A stretch of 64,000 nt of DNA from an uncultured Chloroflexia bacterium (GCA_963828165.1 CAWHDR010000001.1:256001-320000), one strand, 5' to 3'; counted from the first letter of the stretch, positions 8,847 through 17,988 are shown. A program made the numbers and translations. The notes: a model not told the origin generated them from the sequence alone.

Positions 8847-10133
8847 ATGACGGCGGGCCCGCAACCCCATGACCCCGACGCCGCCGGGCGCCCCTCGGCC
8901 GCGCCGCTCTCCGGCGTCCGGATCGTTGCCGTGGAACAGTACGGCGCGGGTCCGTTCGGGACGATGTACCTGGCTGATCTGGGCGCGGAAGTCATCAAGA
9001 TCGAGGATCCCGGGACCGGCGGCGACGTCAGCCGCTGGATCCCGCCCGGACGCGCCGGATCGGACAGCCTGTTCTTCGAGGCCTTCAACCGGAACAAGCG
9101 CAGCCTGTCCCTCGACCTCAAGACGACCGGTGGACGGGACGTGTTCGAACGGCTCGTGGCATCCGCGGACGCCGTCATCAGCAACCTGCGCGGCGACCAG
9201 GCGGAGCGACTTGGCCTGACCTACGCCCGGCTCGGGGAGATCAACCCTGCGATCGTGTGCGTCGCGCTGACCGGGTACGGAAGCGTCGGGGAGTCCGCGC
9301 GCTGGCCGGGCTACGACGCCCTGATCCAGGCAGAGGCGGGCTGGGCCTCCCTGACTGGTGCCCCGGACGAGGCACCCACCAAGAGCGGCCTCTCGCTGGC
9401 GGACTACATCGCCGGCCTCACCGCCGCGCTTGGCCTGATGGTCGGTGTCTTCGATGCTCGCCGCACCGGGCGCGGTCGGGACGTGGAGACCAACCTGTAC
9501 GACTCGGCGCTGGCGATGCTCAGCTATCCCGCGACGTGGTTCCTGTCGCAGGGCTTCGTGACGGAGCGCAAGCCGATGTCGGCCCACCCGAGCGTGGTCC
9601 CGTTCCAGTTCTTCCCGACCGCCGACGGGCACCTGGCCATCGCCGCTCCGAAGGAGAAGTTCTTCCGATCCCTGATCGCCGCGATGGATCTCCCGGAGGT
9701 CGGCGCGGATCCGCGGTTCGCGGACTTCGAGTCACGCGATCGGCATCGCGAGGCCCTGCTCGACATCCTCACCAGGCGCTTCGCCGAAGAGACCACCGCG
9801 GTCTGGCTCGAGCGGCTGCGTGGCCTGGTGCCGGTCGCTCCCGTCCGATCCTTGACGCAGGCACTGGATCCCGACGAGCTTCGCGCCAGGGACATGCTGG
9901 CCGAGTATCCCCACCCGGCATTCGGGCAGGTGCGCTCGATCGGGCTTCCGATGACGATGGGCGGCTTCGAGCGGACCTATCGACACGGACCGGCCCTCGA
10001 CGGCGACCACGCCGCGATCCTCGCCGAGTTGGCCTATGACGAGCCGGCGATCGAGGCGCTTCGGGCCGGTGGGGCGTTCGGCATCGTCGACGGAGACGAC
10101 CCCGACGGTCGAGCCGTCAGCGAGCCGGGCTAG
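8847..10133 (+). CDS. CoA transferase family III (CaiB/BaiF)
   Basis: AGPFGTMYLADLGAEVIKIE, NRNKRS, PGYD; ATG after AAGGAG. Confidence 0.93.
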   Translation: MTAGPQPHDPDAAGRPSAAPLSGVRIVAVEQYGAGPFGTMYLADLGAEVIKIEDPGTGGDVSRWIPPGRAGSDSLFFEAFNRNKRSLSLDLKTTGGRDVFERLVASADAVISNLRGDQAERLGLTYARLGEINPAIVCVALTGYGSVGESARWPGYDALIQAEAGWASLTGAPDEAPTKSGLSLADYIAGLTAALGLMVGVFDARRTGRGRDVETNLYDSALAMLSYPATWFLSQGFVTERKPMSAHPSVVPFQFFPTADGHLAIAAPKEKFFRSLIAAMDLPEVGADPRFADFESRDRHREALLDILTRRFAEETTAVWLERLRGLVPVAPVRSLTQALDPDELRARDMLAEYPHPAFGQVRSIGLPMTMGGFERTYRHGPALDGDHAAILAELAYDEPAIEALRAGGAFGIVDGDDPDGRAVSEPG

Positions 10134-10283
10134 CAGGCACCCGCCCCGCGGCGGACATGCCAGCGGGCCGATCGACTACGGCGACCCTGGCGCCGACACT
10201 ACGATACGGATGCTGGTAGCCGCCGCGCACCCGCTGGCGCTAGCTCGCTCGAACGAAGACCGGTACCGGATGGAGACGGCCCA

Positions 10284-10925
10284 ATGGACGATGACGCTCG
10301 GCGGACGGCCCTGCTGTCCGCGCTGACGACGGAGCATTTCGTGCTGCAGACCGCGTCGACGTCCACGATCTCGGAAGCAGCCGGACGCAGCTCCCTCTAC
10401 ATCTTCGCCCTGTCGAGTTCGCTGGTCGCGCTGGGCTTCCTGTCCCAGTCGCCAGATGCCTTGGTGCCATTTTTGGCAGTGGTCCTGCCCGCGCTCTTCA
10501 TCCTGGGGATCTTCACCGTGGTCAGGCTCGTCGACACGGTGGCCGAGAACATGCAGTACCTGGCGGGCATCGCACGCATCCGCGGCCACTATCGGGACCT
10601 GATCCCCGGATCGGAGGCCTATTTCTCCACTGAGACGGGTCGCTGGCCCGAGGCCCGGGACGACCCTTCGCTCATCCACGGTGCGACCTTCGCGTTCTTC
10701 GGCACGACGGCGAGCATGGTCGCGTTCATCGACAGCGTGATCGCCGGTGTCGGGACCACGCTGCTGATGACGAACCTCGCCGGCGTGCCATCGGTGCTCG
10801 GGGTGATCTCCGGCGTCTTCGTGGTCGCGATCCTGATGTATGTGTTTTTTCGCTACGAGCGCTGGCGCATCGAGGTCCTTCGGATCGACGAGCACGCTGA
10901 CGTCGGCGAACGGTCCGACACGTAA
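10284..10925 (+). CDS. Hypothetical membrane protein (about 4 TM)
   Basis: GGAG RBS, GC3-biased codons, four hydrophobic segments. Confidence 0.75.
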   Translation: MDDDARRTALLSALTTEHFVLQTASTSTISEAAGRSSLYIFALSSSLVALGFLSQSPDALVPFLAVVLPALFILGIFTVVRLVDTVAENMQYLAGIARIRGHYRDLIPGSEAYFSTETGRWPEARDDPSLIHGATFAFFGTTASMVAFIDSVIAGVGTTLLMTNLAGVPSVLGVISGVFVVAILMYVFFRYERWRIEVLRIDEHADVGERSDT

Positions 10926-10992
10926 CGTCCGCGCCGACCCGGCGGGAGGCCGGGCCGCCGACCGGGCCCCGTGAGTCGCGTTCCGAGCGCCG

Positions 10993-11382
10993 TCAGGTCG
11001 CCCGGTCGACGCGAGCCGTGAGCTGGCTGAACACGACCGTGGTAGCCACCGGGATCCACGCATACAGCGGCGCGAACGTCGTCAGATACGACCCGATGTC
11101 CGCTGGCTCCATGAACAGGAGATGGCCGATGTCGTTCGCCACCATGAGGAGCGCCCACAGGATGCCGACCGCGAGGCCCTCTCGGATCGAGCCATGCTCG
11201 ATGCGCCGCAGGTAATCGACCGCAAAGAGCAAGACAAGCAGGACAAGGACCAGGAGACGGACCGATGGGAAGGCCGGCGAGGACGTGACGCTGGCCGGGA
11301 TCAGCTGGGAAATGCCGATAAATCCGAACCAGATCCACCAGATGGCAAATCCGTAGGCAAGGGCACGGATGGGTCGCTGCAT
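10993..11382 (-). CDS. Hypothetical small membrane protein (about 4 TM)
   Basis: AAGGAG RBS; hydrophobic helices. Confidence 0.75.
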   Translation of the reverse strand: MQRPIRALAYGFAIWWIWFGFIGISQLIPASVTSSPAFPSVRLLVLVLLVLLFAVDYLRRIEHGSIREGLAVGILWALLMVANDIGHLLFMEPADIGSYLTTFAPLYAWIPVATTVVFSQLTARVDRAT

Positions 11383-11474
11383 GTGCGTCTCCTTCGGGGC
11401 CGCGTCGGGGACGAGACCGTTGGAATCGGACGTGTCGGAGGTATCGCTCCGATACTCCCCCCCAGTATATGATC

Positions 11475-11583
11475 GCGGCCTTCATCGGGTCAACCTCCCC
11501 AAGCCGGCCGCTCGCTGGTCGGCTACCTTGGGTCAGGTCATCGTGTGAACACCCGCGCCGGCGACGGCTGTGAAGCAAAGGCG
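11475..11583 (+). ncRNA. Candidate structured leader RNA of unknown class
   Basis: Follows a TATGAT -10 box; nested pairings CTTCA/TGAAG, ACCT/AGGT, CCCAAG/CTTGGG, AGCCGGCC/GGTCGGCT. Confidence 0.3.
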
Positions 11584-11590
11584 AGAGCGA

Positions 11591-11746
11591 GTGTCCTTCC
11601 AGGCGTACCTCGACATCATCGAAGGGAAGACCGAGCTGACCCGGCGTCAGATCGACTCCAAGCACGTTGGCTCGGGCGGCACGCATCGCGACCCCTCGGA
11701 CATGCTGTGGCTGGACGGTAAGGCCACCGATGCGGGATCCCCGTGA
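11591..11746 (+). pseudogene. DUF4287-like protein with in-frame internal deletion (51 aa)
   Basis: Translated by hand: MSFQAYLDIIEGKTELTRRQ joined directly to IDSKHVGSGGTHRDPSDMLWLDGK; central part (GHAMA region) absent. Confidence 0.65.
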
Positions 11747-12474
11747 GACCCAGCGATCGACTGCTTGCGGCCGCCGTGCTCACCGTCGCGTTGGCCGCGT
11801 GCGGGGGTGGGGGCGCCACGGGCGCGCCGGCAGGCTCGTCGGCCACGATCGCGCTCTCCCCTGGCGCCACCGCGGCACCGCTCGCTACCGAGGTCGGCTC
11901 GATCGGTCCCTTCTCCCCGGAAGCGTGCCCGGTTCCGGACCCGGCGTTCTGCACACCCGCCGCGGCCGTGGCGGAGGCGATCGTGGCGGGCGACACGCCC
12001 TCGATCGTGGAGCTCAGCCGGCCGGACGTGTTCCGCTGCGCGGACCTTGACGCCTCGATCTTCACGGGCTGTCAGTCGGCCGACGTCCTCGAGGGCCACC
12101 CGATCGGGACGGCCAGCGGCAGCATCGAGGTTCATCCGCCAGCGGACTACGCAGACGAGCTGGACGCGACGATCGAGGCGATCGATCCGGCATTCCGCGA
12201 CGAAGCCGGATCCGGCGAGGCGCGTGTCCTCGGCACGAGCGCGTGCGGGCCCGACGATCCGGAACGTCGCTCGTACTACGTCGCCTGGACCGCGGGGATA
12301 GGAGCGGGATCGGGCGACGCCGAGCGCGTCGTCGGGCTGTACGAATTCACGTTCCGCGACGATCAATGGCTGGTCGGGATCCTGTATCTCGACAGCGTCG
12401 CTGCCTGGCAGACACGCCACGACGACCCGCTTCGGGACGTCGGCTGCGGGATCTCCCCCTGGGCGGCGGGCTAG
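11743..12474 (+). CDS. Hypothetical lipoprotein
   Basis: Lipobox LAAC, low-complexity linker, six further Cys; GTGA overlap. Confidence 0.75.
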   Translation: MRPSDRLLAAAVLTVALAACGGGGATGAPAGSSATIALSPGATAAPLATEVGSIGPFSPEACPVPDPAFCTPAAAVAEAIVAGDTPSIVELSRPDVFRCADLDASIFTGCQSADVLEGHPIGTASGSIEVHPPADYADELDATIEAIDPAFRDEAGSGEARVLGTSACGPDDPERRSYYVAWTAGIGAGSGDAERVVGLYEFTFRDDQWLVGILYLDSVAAWQTRHDDPLRDVGCGISPWAAG

Positions 12475-12498
12475 ACCGGTCGATCGCTGGAGGGCACC

Positions 12499-13119
12499 TT
12501 GGACGACCGACTGCTCGCATTCATCGCCGTCTGTGTCGCCGTCGTCGTCATCCCCGGTCCGGACATGGCGCTGGTGGCGCGCAACGTGCTTCGCCACGGG
12601 CGGTCGGCAGGCGTCGCGACCTCGCTCGGCATCTGCACCGGCGTGCTGGGCTGGGCGATCGCGGCCGCGCTCGGCGTCGCGACGATCCTGGCCACCTCGG
12701 CAACGGCCTTCACGGTCCTCAAGCTGGCGGGGGCCGCATACCTCATCTACCTCGGCATCGCGACGCTTCGGGCGCCCGACGATGCCGGGGACGCTGACGT
12801 GAACGGTGGATCGGCCCTACCGTGGCGCCGCGCATGGATGCAGGGCGCGCTCTCGGCCCTCCTCAACCCCAAGCTCGGTGTCTTCTTCCTCACGCTGCTG
12901 CCGCAGTTCATCTCGCCCGGCGACCCGCCCGCGGTACGGGCGCTGCAGCTGGCCGTCATCTTCGAGCTCATCGGGCTCGCCTGGTTGTTGATCTATACGG
13001 CGATGCTCGGAGCGCTCGGCTCTGCGCTCGGACGCCCGGGGCCGCGACGGTTCATGCGCTGGGTCACTGGCACGGTGCTGGTCGCGCTCGGCGCGCGCGT
13101 GGCCCTCGAACGCTCCTAG
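12499..13119 (+). CDS. LysE/RhtB family exporter
   Basis: IPGPD, LKLAGAAYLIYLG, LLNPK..FF..LLPQF. Confidence 0.93.
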   Translation: MDDRLLAFIAVCVAVVVIPGPDMALVARNVLRHGRSAGVATSLGICTGVLGWAIAAALGVATILATSATAFTVLKLAGAAYLIYLGIATLRAPDDAGDADVNGGSALPWRRAWMQGALSALLNPKLGVFFLTLLPQFISPGDPPAVRALQLAVIFELIGLAWLLIYTAMLGALGSALGRPGPRRFMRWVTGTVLVALGARVALERS

Positions 13120-13126
13120 CGCGAGG

Positions 13127-13474
13127 TCAATGCAGTCGGTCTTGCCAGTCGTCCGGCACGCGCCCGGCGGGTCCCGGTGTGGGCTGGTCGAGCGGGTGCG
13201 AATCCGGCGGCGCCAGGGGCGGACCCTCGCCGTACTGCTCGACCGTATAGCTCCAGAACCAGTCCTCATCGGGCTCGAAGCTCTGGACCAGCGGGTGGCC
13301 GGCCTCCTGCGCGTGGTGGCTCGCGTGCTGGGATGGCGATGAGTCGCAGCACCCGACATGGCCACAGGCAGTGCAGCGCCGGAGGTGAAACCACCAGCCG
13401 TCGGTAGCGAGGCACTCGACGCATCCCGTCCCGCTCGGCGGGACCGTTGGGTCGATCTCGTTGTCAGCCGCCAT
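13127..13474 (-). CDS. UBP-type zinc finger protein
   Basis: CVEC, LRRCTACGHVGCCDSSPSQHA..H, SFEPDEDWFW. Confidence 0.9.
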   Translation of the reverse strand: MAADNEIDPTVPPSGTGCVECLATDGWWFHLRRCTACGHVGCCDSSPSQHASHHAQEAGHPLVQSFEPDEDWFWSYTVEQYGEGPPLAPPDSHPLDQPTPGPAGRVPDDWQDRLH

Positions 13475-13532
13475 CGATCATCCTCGGCGCATGCGCATGT
13501 GAACCGACATGGTAGAGCCCTTTCGCTGGTCG

Positions 13533-13832
13533 TTAGAGCTCCGTTGCGATGCGCTGCGCCGTGTACGTGGCCCACGGCTTCCTGGACTCGACTTCGACCC
13601 GCTCAAGGTCGCGGTTGCTGCGTTCGAGGAACGTCGCCAGCTGCTCCGTCGTGACGGGATGGCCGAGCACGTCGCCGATCCCGTGTTCGATCGCGTGGAC
13701 TGCATACCACTGCGGCCATTCCTGGTCGTAGACCCCGTTCAACTCCGTCTCCTCGTACCTGCCATGCGCCTCCCCCGCCTGCACGAGTAGCGCGTTGATC
13801 TGGGCGACGCGCTCGCCGTCGATGTCTCCCAC
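13533..13832 (-). CDS. Hypothetical protein
   Basis: Coding-like frame (AHGRYEETELNGVYDQEWPQWYA); GTG start uncertain. Confidence 0.65.
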   Translation of the reverse strand: MGDIDGERVAQINALLVQAGEAHGRYEETELNGVYDQEWPQWYAVHAIEHGIGDVLGHPVTTEQLATFLERSNRDLERVEVESRKPWATYTAQRIATEL

Positions 13833-13906
13833 GAATCTGGACCCCCTGCGCTGCTGCCGTCGCTGACAGTCTGGCCTTCGCGGCTGGCGAACGCATCCAG
13901 CCACCG

Positions 13907-14581
13907 TCAGACCGGGTCCCGCACCCGCTCGAGGCCGTCGAGGATGACGTCGAGGCCGTATTCGAACTCGTTCGCATAGTCGTAGCCGGGCTTCATCGCG
14001 TGCTCCGTGATGAAATCGGCGAGGTTCTGGTACTCACCGGGCGCGAACGGCGCGAGCATCGTCTCTGACATCTCGACGATGTCGGAGGTGTCCTCGAACG
14101 GGAGATTCATCTTGGTCATGGCGAACCCGTAGATGTAGCTGTCCAGGAGCGAGTAGGCGGTCGCGGTCGCCGCCATGTCGAAGCCAGCCGCCCGGAGACA
14201 GCCGATCACCGCGTCGTGATGTCGCAGGTTCGCGGGACCCGGATTGGTCCGCGACTCCATCAGGCCGATCGCCCATCGATGGCGGAGCAGCGCATCGCGG
14301 ACCGAGATGGCCCGCTGACGCATGGCGGTCTTCCAGTCCGCGCCGGCAACCGGCACATCGATCTCCGTGTAGACCAGGTCCACGATGCCGTCGAGGACTC
14401 GCTCCTTGTTGGCGAAATGGTAGTAGAGCGCCATCGCCTCGACCCCGAGCGCCTGACCGAGCTTGCGCATGCTGAGGCCCTCGAGCCCGCTCTGATCGGC
14501 GAGTTTCATCGCGGCATCGAGGACCCGTTCGCGGGTCAATGGGATCCGACGCTGCGCCGGCCTCCTGGCCTGGGTCGTCAT
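13907..14581 (-). CDS. TetR family regulator with TetR_C domain
   Basis: LSMRKLGQALGVEAMALYYHF HTH; FEYGLDVILDGL. Confidence 0.93.
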   Translation of the reverse strand: MTTQARRPAQRRIPLTRERVLDAAMKLADQSGLEGLSMRKLGQALGVEAMALYYHFANKERVLDGIVDLVYTEIDVPVAGADWKTAMRQRAISVRDALLRHRWAIGLMESRTNPGPANLRHHDAVIGCLRAAGFDMAATATAYSLLDSYIYGFAMTKMNLPFEDTSDIVEMSETMLAPFAPGEYQNLADFITEHAMKPGYDYANEFEYGLDVILDGLERVRDPV

Positions 14582-14617
14582 GGGCTCCTTCCTCCCGCGA
14601 TCGGCGGGTTTCGGGGG

Positions 14618-14673
14618 TTGACAGTTCTGACTTTACACCGTACATTCACGCCGTTGGCTTTACAGCGTACAGT
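14618..14673 (+). promoter_or_regulatory. sigma70 promoter with two TetR-type operators
   Basis: TTGACA 14618, N17, TACATT 14641; boxes CTTTACACCGTACATT (14631) and CTTTACAGCGTACAGT (14658). Confidence 0.75.
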
Positions 14674-14690
14674 AACAGAAGGACGGATCG

Positions 14691-15707
14691 ATGCAAGCAC
14701 TGGTTCAGGAGACCTACGGCTCAGCCGAGGTCACGCACATGACGGAGATCGACAAGCCGGAGATCGGCGACAACGAGGTCCTGCTCCGGGTCCGCGCCGC
14801 GGGCGTCAACCCGGCCGACTGGGCGATCATGAGCGGTCTGCCCTACGTCGCCCGACCGGTCTACGGCCTGCGCAAGCCGAAGGTTGCCACCCGTGGAACG
14901 GATGTCGCGGGCGTGGTCGAAGCGATCGGCTCCGCTGTCACTCGTTTCATCGTCGGTGACGAGGTCTACGGATCGGCCAAGGGCTCGTACGCGGAGTACG
15001 CGGCCGCCGCCGAGGACCAGCTTGCCCCCAAGCCCGCCAGCCTCACGTTCGAGGAGGCAGCGGCCGTGCCGATGGCCGGTCTCGTCGCCCTGCAGGCCGT
15101 GCGCGACCACGGCAAGGTCCACGCGGGCCAGAAGGTCCTGATCAATGGGGCCTCGGGCGGCATCGGCACCTTCGCCGTCCAGATCGCCAAGGCCCTCGGC
15201 GCCGAGGTGACCGCGGTCGTCAGCACACGGAACATGGCGCTGGTCCGCTCGATCGGCGCGGACCACGTCATCGACTACACGAAGGAAGACTTCACCAAGA
15301 GCGGCCTGCAGTACGACTTCATCCTCGACAACGTGTCGAACCACTCGCTGTCCGACCTCCGCCGTGTCCTCGCGCCGGCCGGGATGCTCGTGCCGAACGG
15401 CGGGCGCTTCGACAAGACGTGGATGGCCAGTGGCGGTCGGATCGTCCAGGGCAAGGTGCGGTTCCAGTTCGGAAGCCAGACCTTCGGCAACTTCCTCGTG
15501 AAGATGGGCCATGAAGGCCTGCTGGCCCTGACGGAGCTCATCGAAGCCGGCGACGTCGCACCGGTGCTCGATCGCAGCTTTGCGCTGAGCGAGACCGCCC
15601 AGGCGCTCGACCACGTCGGCGCGGGCCATGCCCGAGGCAAGACCACGATCGCGGTCGACGCGGCCGACGAGCGAAGCGTCGTCACCCCGCTGCGTGCGGT
15701 CGCCTAG
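14691..15707 (+). CDS. MDR-family NAD(P)-dependent oxidoreductase
   Basis: VNPADW, GTDVAG, INGASGGIG, HVIDY, HARGK. Confidence 0.92.
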   Translation: MQALVQETYGSAEVTHMTEIDKPEIGDNEVLLRVRAAGVNPADWAIMSGLPYVARPVYGLRKPKVATRGTDVAGVVEAIGSAVTRFIVGDEVYGSAKGSYAEYAAAAEDQLAPKPASLTFEEAAAVPMAGLVALQAVRDHGKVHAGQKVLINGASGGIGTFAVQIAKALGAEVTAVVSTRNMALVRSIGADHVIDYTKEDFTKSGLQYDFILDNVSNHSLSDLRRVLAPAGMLVPNGGRFDKTWMASGGRIVQGKVRFQFGSQTFGNFLVKMGHEGLLALTELIEAGDVAPVLDRSFALSETAQALDHVGAGHARGKTTIAVDAADERSVVTPLRAVA

Positions 15708-15794
15708 CGGCAACCCAGCGACTCACCGAGCCGCAGTCGGCGCCATCTCCAGCCAATGACCACCACCGTTTCGACGGATCGAAAGGAATCCATC

Positions 15795-16202
15795 ATGACC
15801 AAGGCAACCGTCAAGAGACTCTTCATCGGCAGCATCCTCGCCGTGACCGCCGGCACCATCGTCGCGATCAGCGCCGTGTGGCTCGCGATCGCCAACGACA
15901 TCTTCGTCATGGACGGAGCCGACATCGTCGGCATCCAGGGCAGCGCCCTCACGTGGGTCCTGGGCGCGTTCGGCATCGCCGGCGCTCTCGCCTTCACGGG
16001 TGGACTGATCGGCGGCCTGAGCTCCTGGATCGGGGCCCTCCTGAACACCTCGCAGCTCGAGAGCAAGACCTGGTTCCTCGCAGTGCTCGTGCTTGGGATC
16101 TTCAACTTCGGCTTCTTCGCGATGATCGCCTACCTCATCGCCGGGCCGGACGGCACGTCGGCCGCGACCTCGCACCGAGCGCCGGTGACCGCCACCGCGT
16201 GA
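15795..16202 (+). CDS. Hypothetical membrane protein
   Basis: AAAGGA RBS; three to four hydrophobic segments. Confidence 0.75.
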   Translation: MTKATVKRLFIGSILAVTAGTIVAISAVWLAIANDIFVMDGADIVGIQGSALTWVLGAFGIAGALAFTGGLIGGLSSWIGALLNTSQLESKTWFLAVLVLGIFNFGFFAMIAYLIAGPDGTSAATSHRAPVTATA

Positions 16203-16220
16203 CCCAGGCGCCGCCGCCAC

Positions 16221-16252
16221 GACGCCCGACGTCCTTTCGTACGTCGGGCGTC
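16221..16252 (+). terminator. Stem-loop ending the TetR-controlled operon
   Basis: 12-bp inverted repeat GACGCCCGACGT/ACGTCGGGCGTC. Confidence 0.55.
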
Positions 16253-16357
16253 CCTGATTCCGCCTCCGACCGGTCACATTCGGGCGTCCCGCGGGGTCCT
16301 TGGGTTGACAAGCAAACACCGGTCGCCACAGATGGCGGCCAACCAGGAGCTCGCCGC

Positions 16358-16783
16358 ATGAACGCACCCTTCCCCGCCCGACCGATCAACCTCATCGACG
16401 CCGCCCTGCGAACCGCGATCGTCGGCCTCACGCTGGCCACCGCGTCCATCCACGCGACCCTGGGTGGCGCGCTGTTCACGCTGAACGCCATCGGGTACGT
16501 CGTCCTCGCCACCGCCATGGTCGCGCCGCTCGTGATCGCCAGCCGATTCCGCTGGATCGTGCGCATCGCGCTGGCTGGGTACGCCGCCACCACGATCGTC
16601 GGATGGGCGATCCAGGGGCCGTTCTACACGACCGCGTACGTCGCCAAAGCCATCGAGGTGACCCTGATCGTCCTTCTGGCCATCGATTTCGTGCGCTTCG
16701 ATGGCAACCCGTTGACCGTCATCCGGCGCGAGCTTCGGAGTCTTTCCCGGCTCCTGCCGGTGTGGCCGCAGCTGCTGGGCTAG
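16358..16783 (+). CDS. Hypothetical membrane protein (about 4 TM)
   Basis: AGGAG RBS; LATASIH, LNAIGY, KAIEV pattern; hydrophobic. Confidence 0.75.
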   Translation: MNAPFPARPINLIDAALRTAIVGLTLATASIHATLGGALFTLNAIGYVVLATAMVAPLVIASRFRWIVRIALAGYAATTIVGWAIQGPFYTTAYVAKAIEVTLIVLLAIDFVRFDGNPLTVIRRELRSLSRLLPVWPQLLG

Positions 16784-17271
16784 GGCGTCCGCCGCTCGAT
16801 CAGCTCGGCGGTCCATTCACGCAACCGGCCGAGATGGTCGGCGAAGTGGTCACCGCCAGACTTGCGGATCCACCACGCGGCTTCGTCGGTCGGCTGTTCG
16901 AGGATCGACCACTCCTCGACCATCCTCGTTCGGCCCGCGTGTGCCTGGATCCAGGCGACCTCCCAGGGTTGGCCCGCCATCGCCGCCAGGAACCTCGCGT
17001 TGAGCGCATCGATGTCGATCTCGTGGCCCTCGTAGGTCCCGGCGCTCATCCGTTCGAACTGGACCTCCGCCTCGGCGAGCCAGGTCCCGACATGCGCGAC
17101 GACGTCACGGACGGTCCAGTCCGGGTCGCGGTAGTAGCCGGGGATCACGCACTCCTCGGGCGTGAGGGTGCGCACGAGGGTCGTGAGCTCGTACCAGCCC
17201 GACCGCTCCGCCTCGAGTTCCGCGGCGTACGGATGATCGAGCCGTGCGACTGGCTGCCGGTCGACAGTCAT
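16780..17271 (-). CDS. DinB/maleylpyruvate isomerase N-terminal (MDMPI) family protein
   Basis: WTVRDVVAHVGTW and HFADH His motifs; ATGA overlap with rhodanese. Confidence 0.75.
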   Translation of the reverse strand: MTVDRQPVARLDHPYAAELEAERSGWYELTTLVRTLTPEECVIPGYYRDPDWTVRDVVAHVGTWLAEAEVQFERMSAGTYEGHEIDIDALNARFLAAMAGQPWEVAWIQAHAGRTRMVEEWSILEQPTDEAAWWIRKSGGDHFADHLGRLREWTAELIERRTP

Positions 17272-17639
17272 GGCGCGGCCACGAACTCGCCCTCGAGCGG
17301 GAGGCCGGCGTCCTCCCAGTCGAGCAGGCCACCGGAGTAGCGCCGCACGTTCCGGTAGCCGCGCCGGACCAGGTCGCGGTAGAGCGCGACGCTCGAGAGG
17401 CAGTCGACATGTGAGCAATACACGACGACTTCGTCTTGGGGCGAGACCGCGGCGTACAGCTCGTCGGGCGTGTCGAAGTGGATCGAGCCGGGGATGTGCT
17501 TCGCGTCGAACGCCCAGCGGTTGAGCGCCATGATCAGCTTGACGTTCTCGCCGGCATCGAGTTTCGACTTGAGCTCGTCGCGGGCGATCGTGCGGATCGG
17601 CTCGAGTCCCAGGGCGGCATTCGGGCGGGGCTGGTCCAT
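17268..17639 (-). CDS. Rhodanese-like domain protein
   Basis: HIPGS, VVYC, YSGGLLDW..AGLP. Confidence 0.9.
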   Translation of the reverse strand: MDQPRPNAALGLEPIRTIARDELKSKLDAGENVKLIMALNRWAFDAKHIPGSIHFDTPDELYAAVSPQDEVVVYCSHVDCLSSVALYRDLVRRGYRNVRRYSGGLLDWEDAGLPLEGEFVAAP

Positions 17640-17712
17640 GGTCCGATCGATTATCGCTCCGCGGATCGATCCATTGCCCAGCGGCGGCTGCGTGCCGCCT
17701 CACCACCACCGA

Positions 17713-17913
17713 CTAGCGCATCGCGCGCTGGCGTCTGCCGCCGCCATGAGTCCCCTCGTTCACCTCGCCCTTGTTCTCTGCGAACGCGGCCAGCACTTCC
17801 CCCTTCTCCTGCTCGGGCACCTTGAAGTGATGGAGCGTGCGCCCCAGCTCAGCCGCGACGTCATCGAATTCCTCAGGCGAGATCTGAAGGTTGCGTTGCG
17901 CTTCCTCCAGGCC
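17713..17913 (-). pseudogene. C-terminal fragment of a group 1 truncated haemoglobin-like gene
   Basis: GLEEAQRNLQISPEEFDDVAAELGRTLHHFKVPEQEKGEVLAAF resembles trHb helices F-H; N-terminus absent and expected proximal His appears as Gln. Confidence 0.55.
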
Positions 17914-17957
17914 CGATCGCGTTTGTGCGAGGACGACACGAGCTTGTTCCTCTCGAC

Positions 17958-17988
17958 CGATGAGTTTTGCGGCCGATCTCGGTCTACA
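17958..17988 (+). promoter_or_regulatory. ECF56/SigG-type promoter of the MFS gene
   Basis: CGATGA-N18-GTC followed by TACA; same architecture at 21170 on the minus strand. Confidence 0.7.

Noticed and set aside
11490-11560. GGTCAGGTC resembling SRP RNA and ACCTCCCC resembling an HDV-like ribozyme
   Set aside because: Lacks the SRP CGGAAGGAAGCAG loop and the HDV P3/P1 pairings; kept only as an unknown RNA candidate
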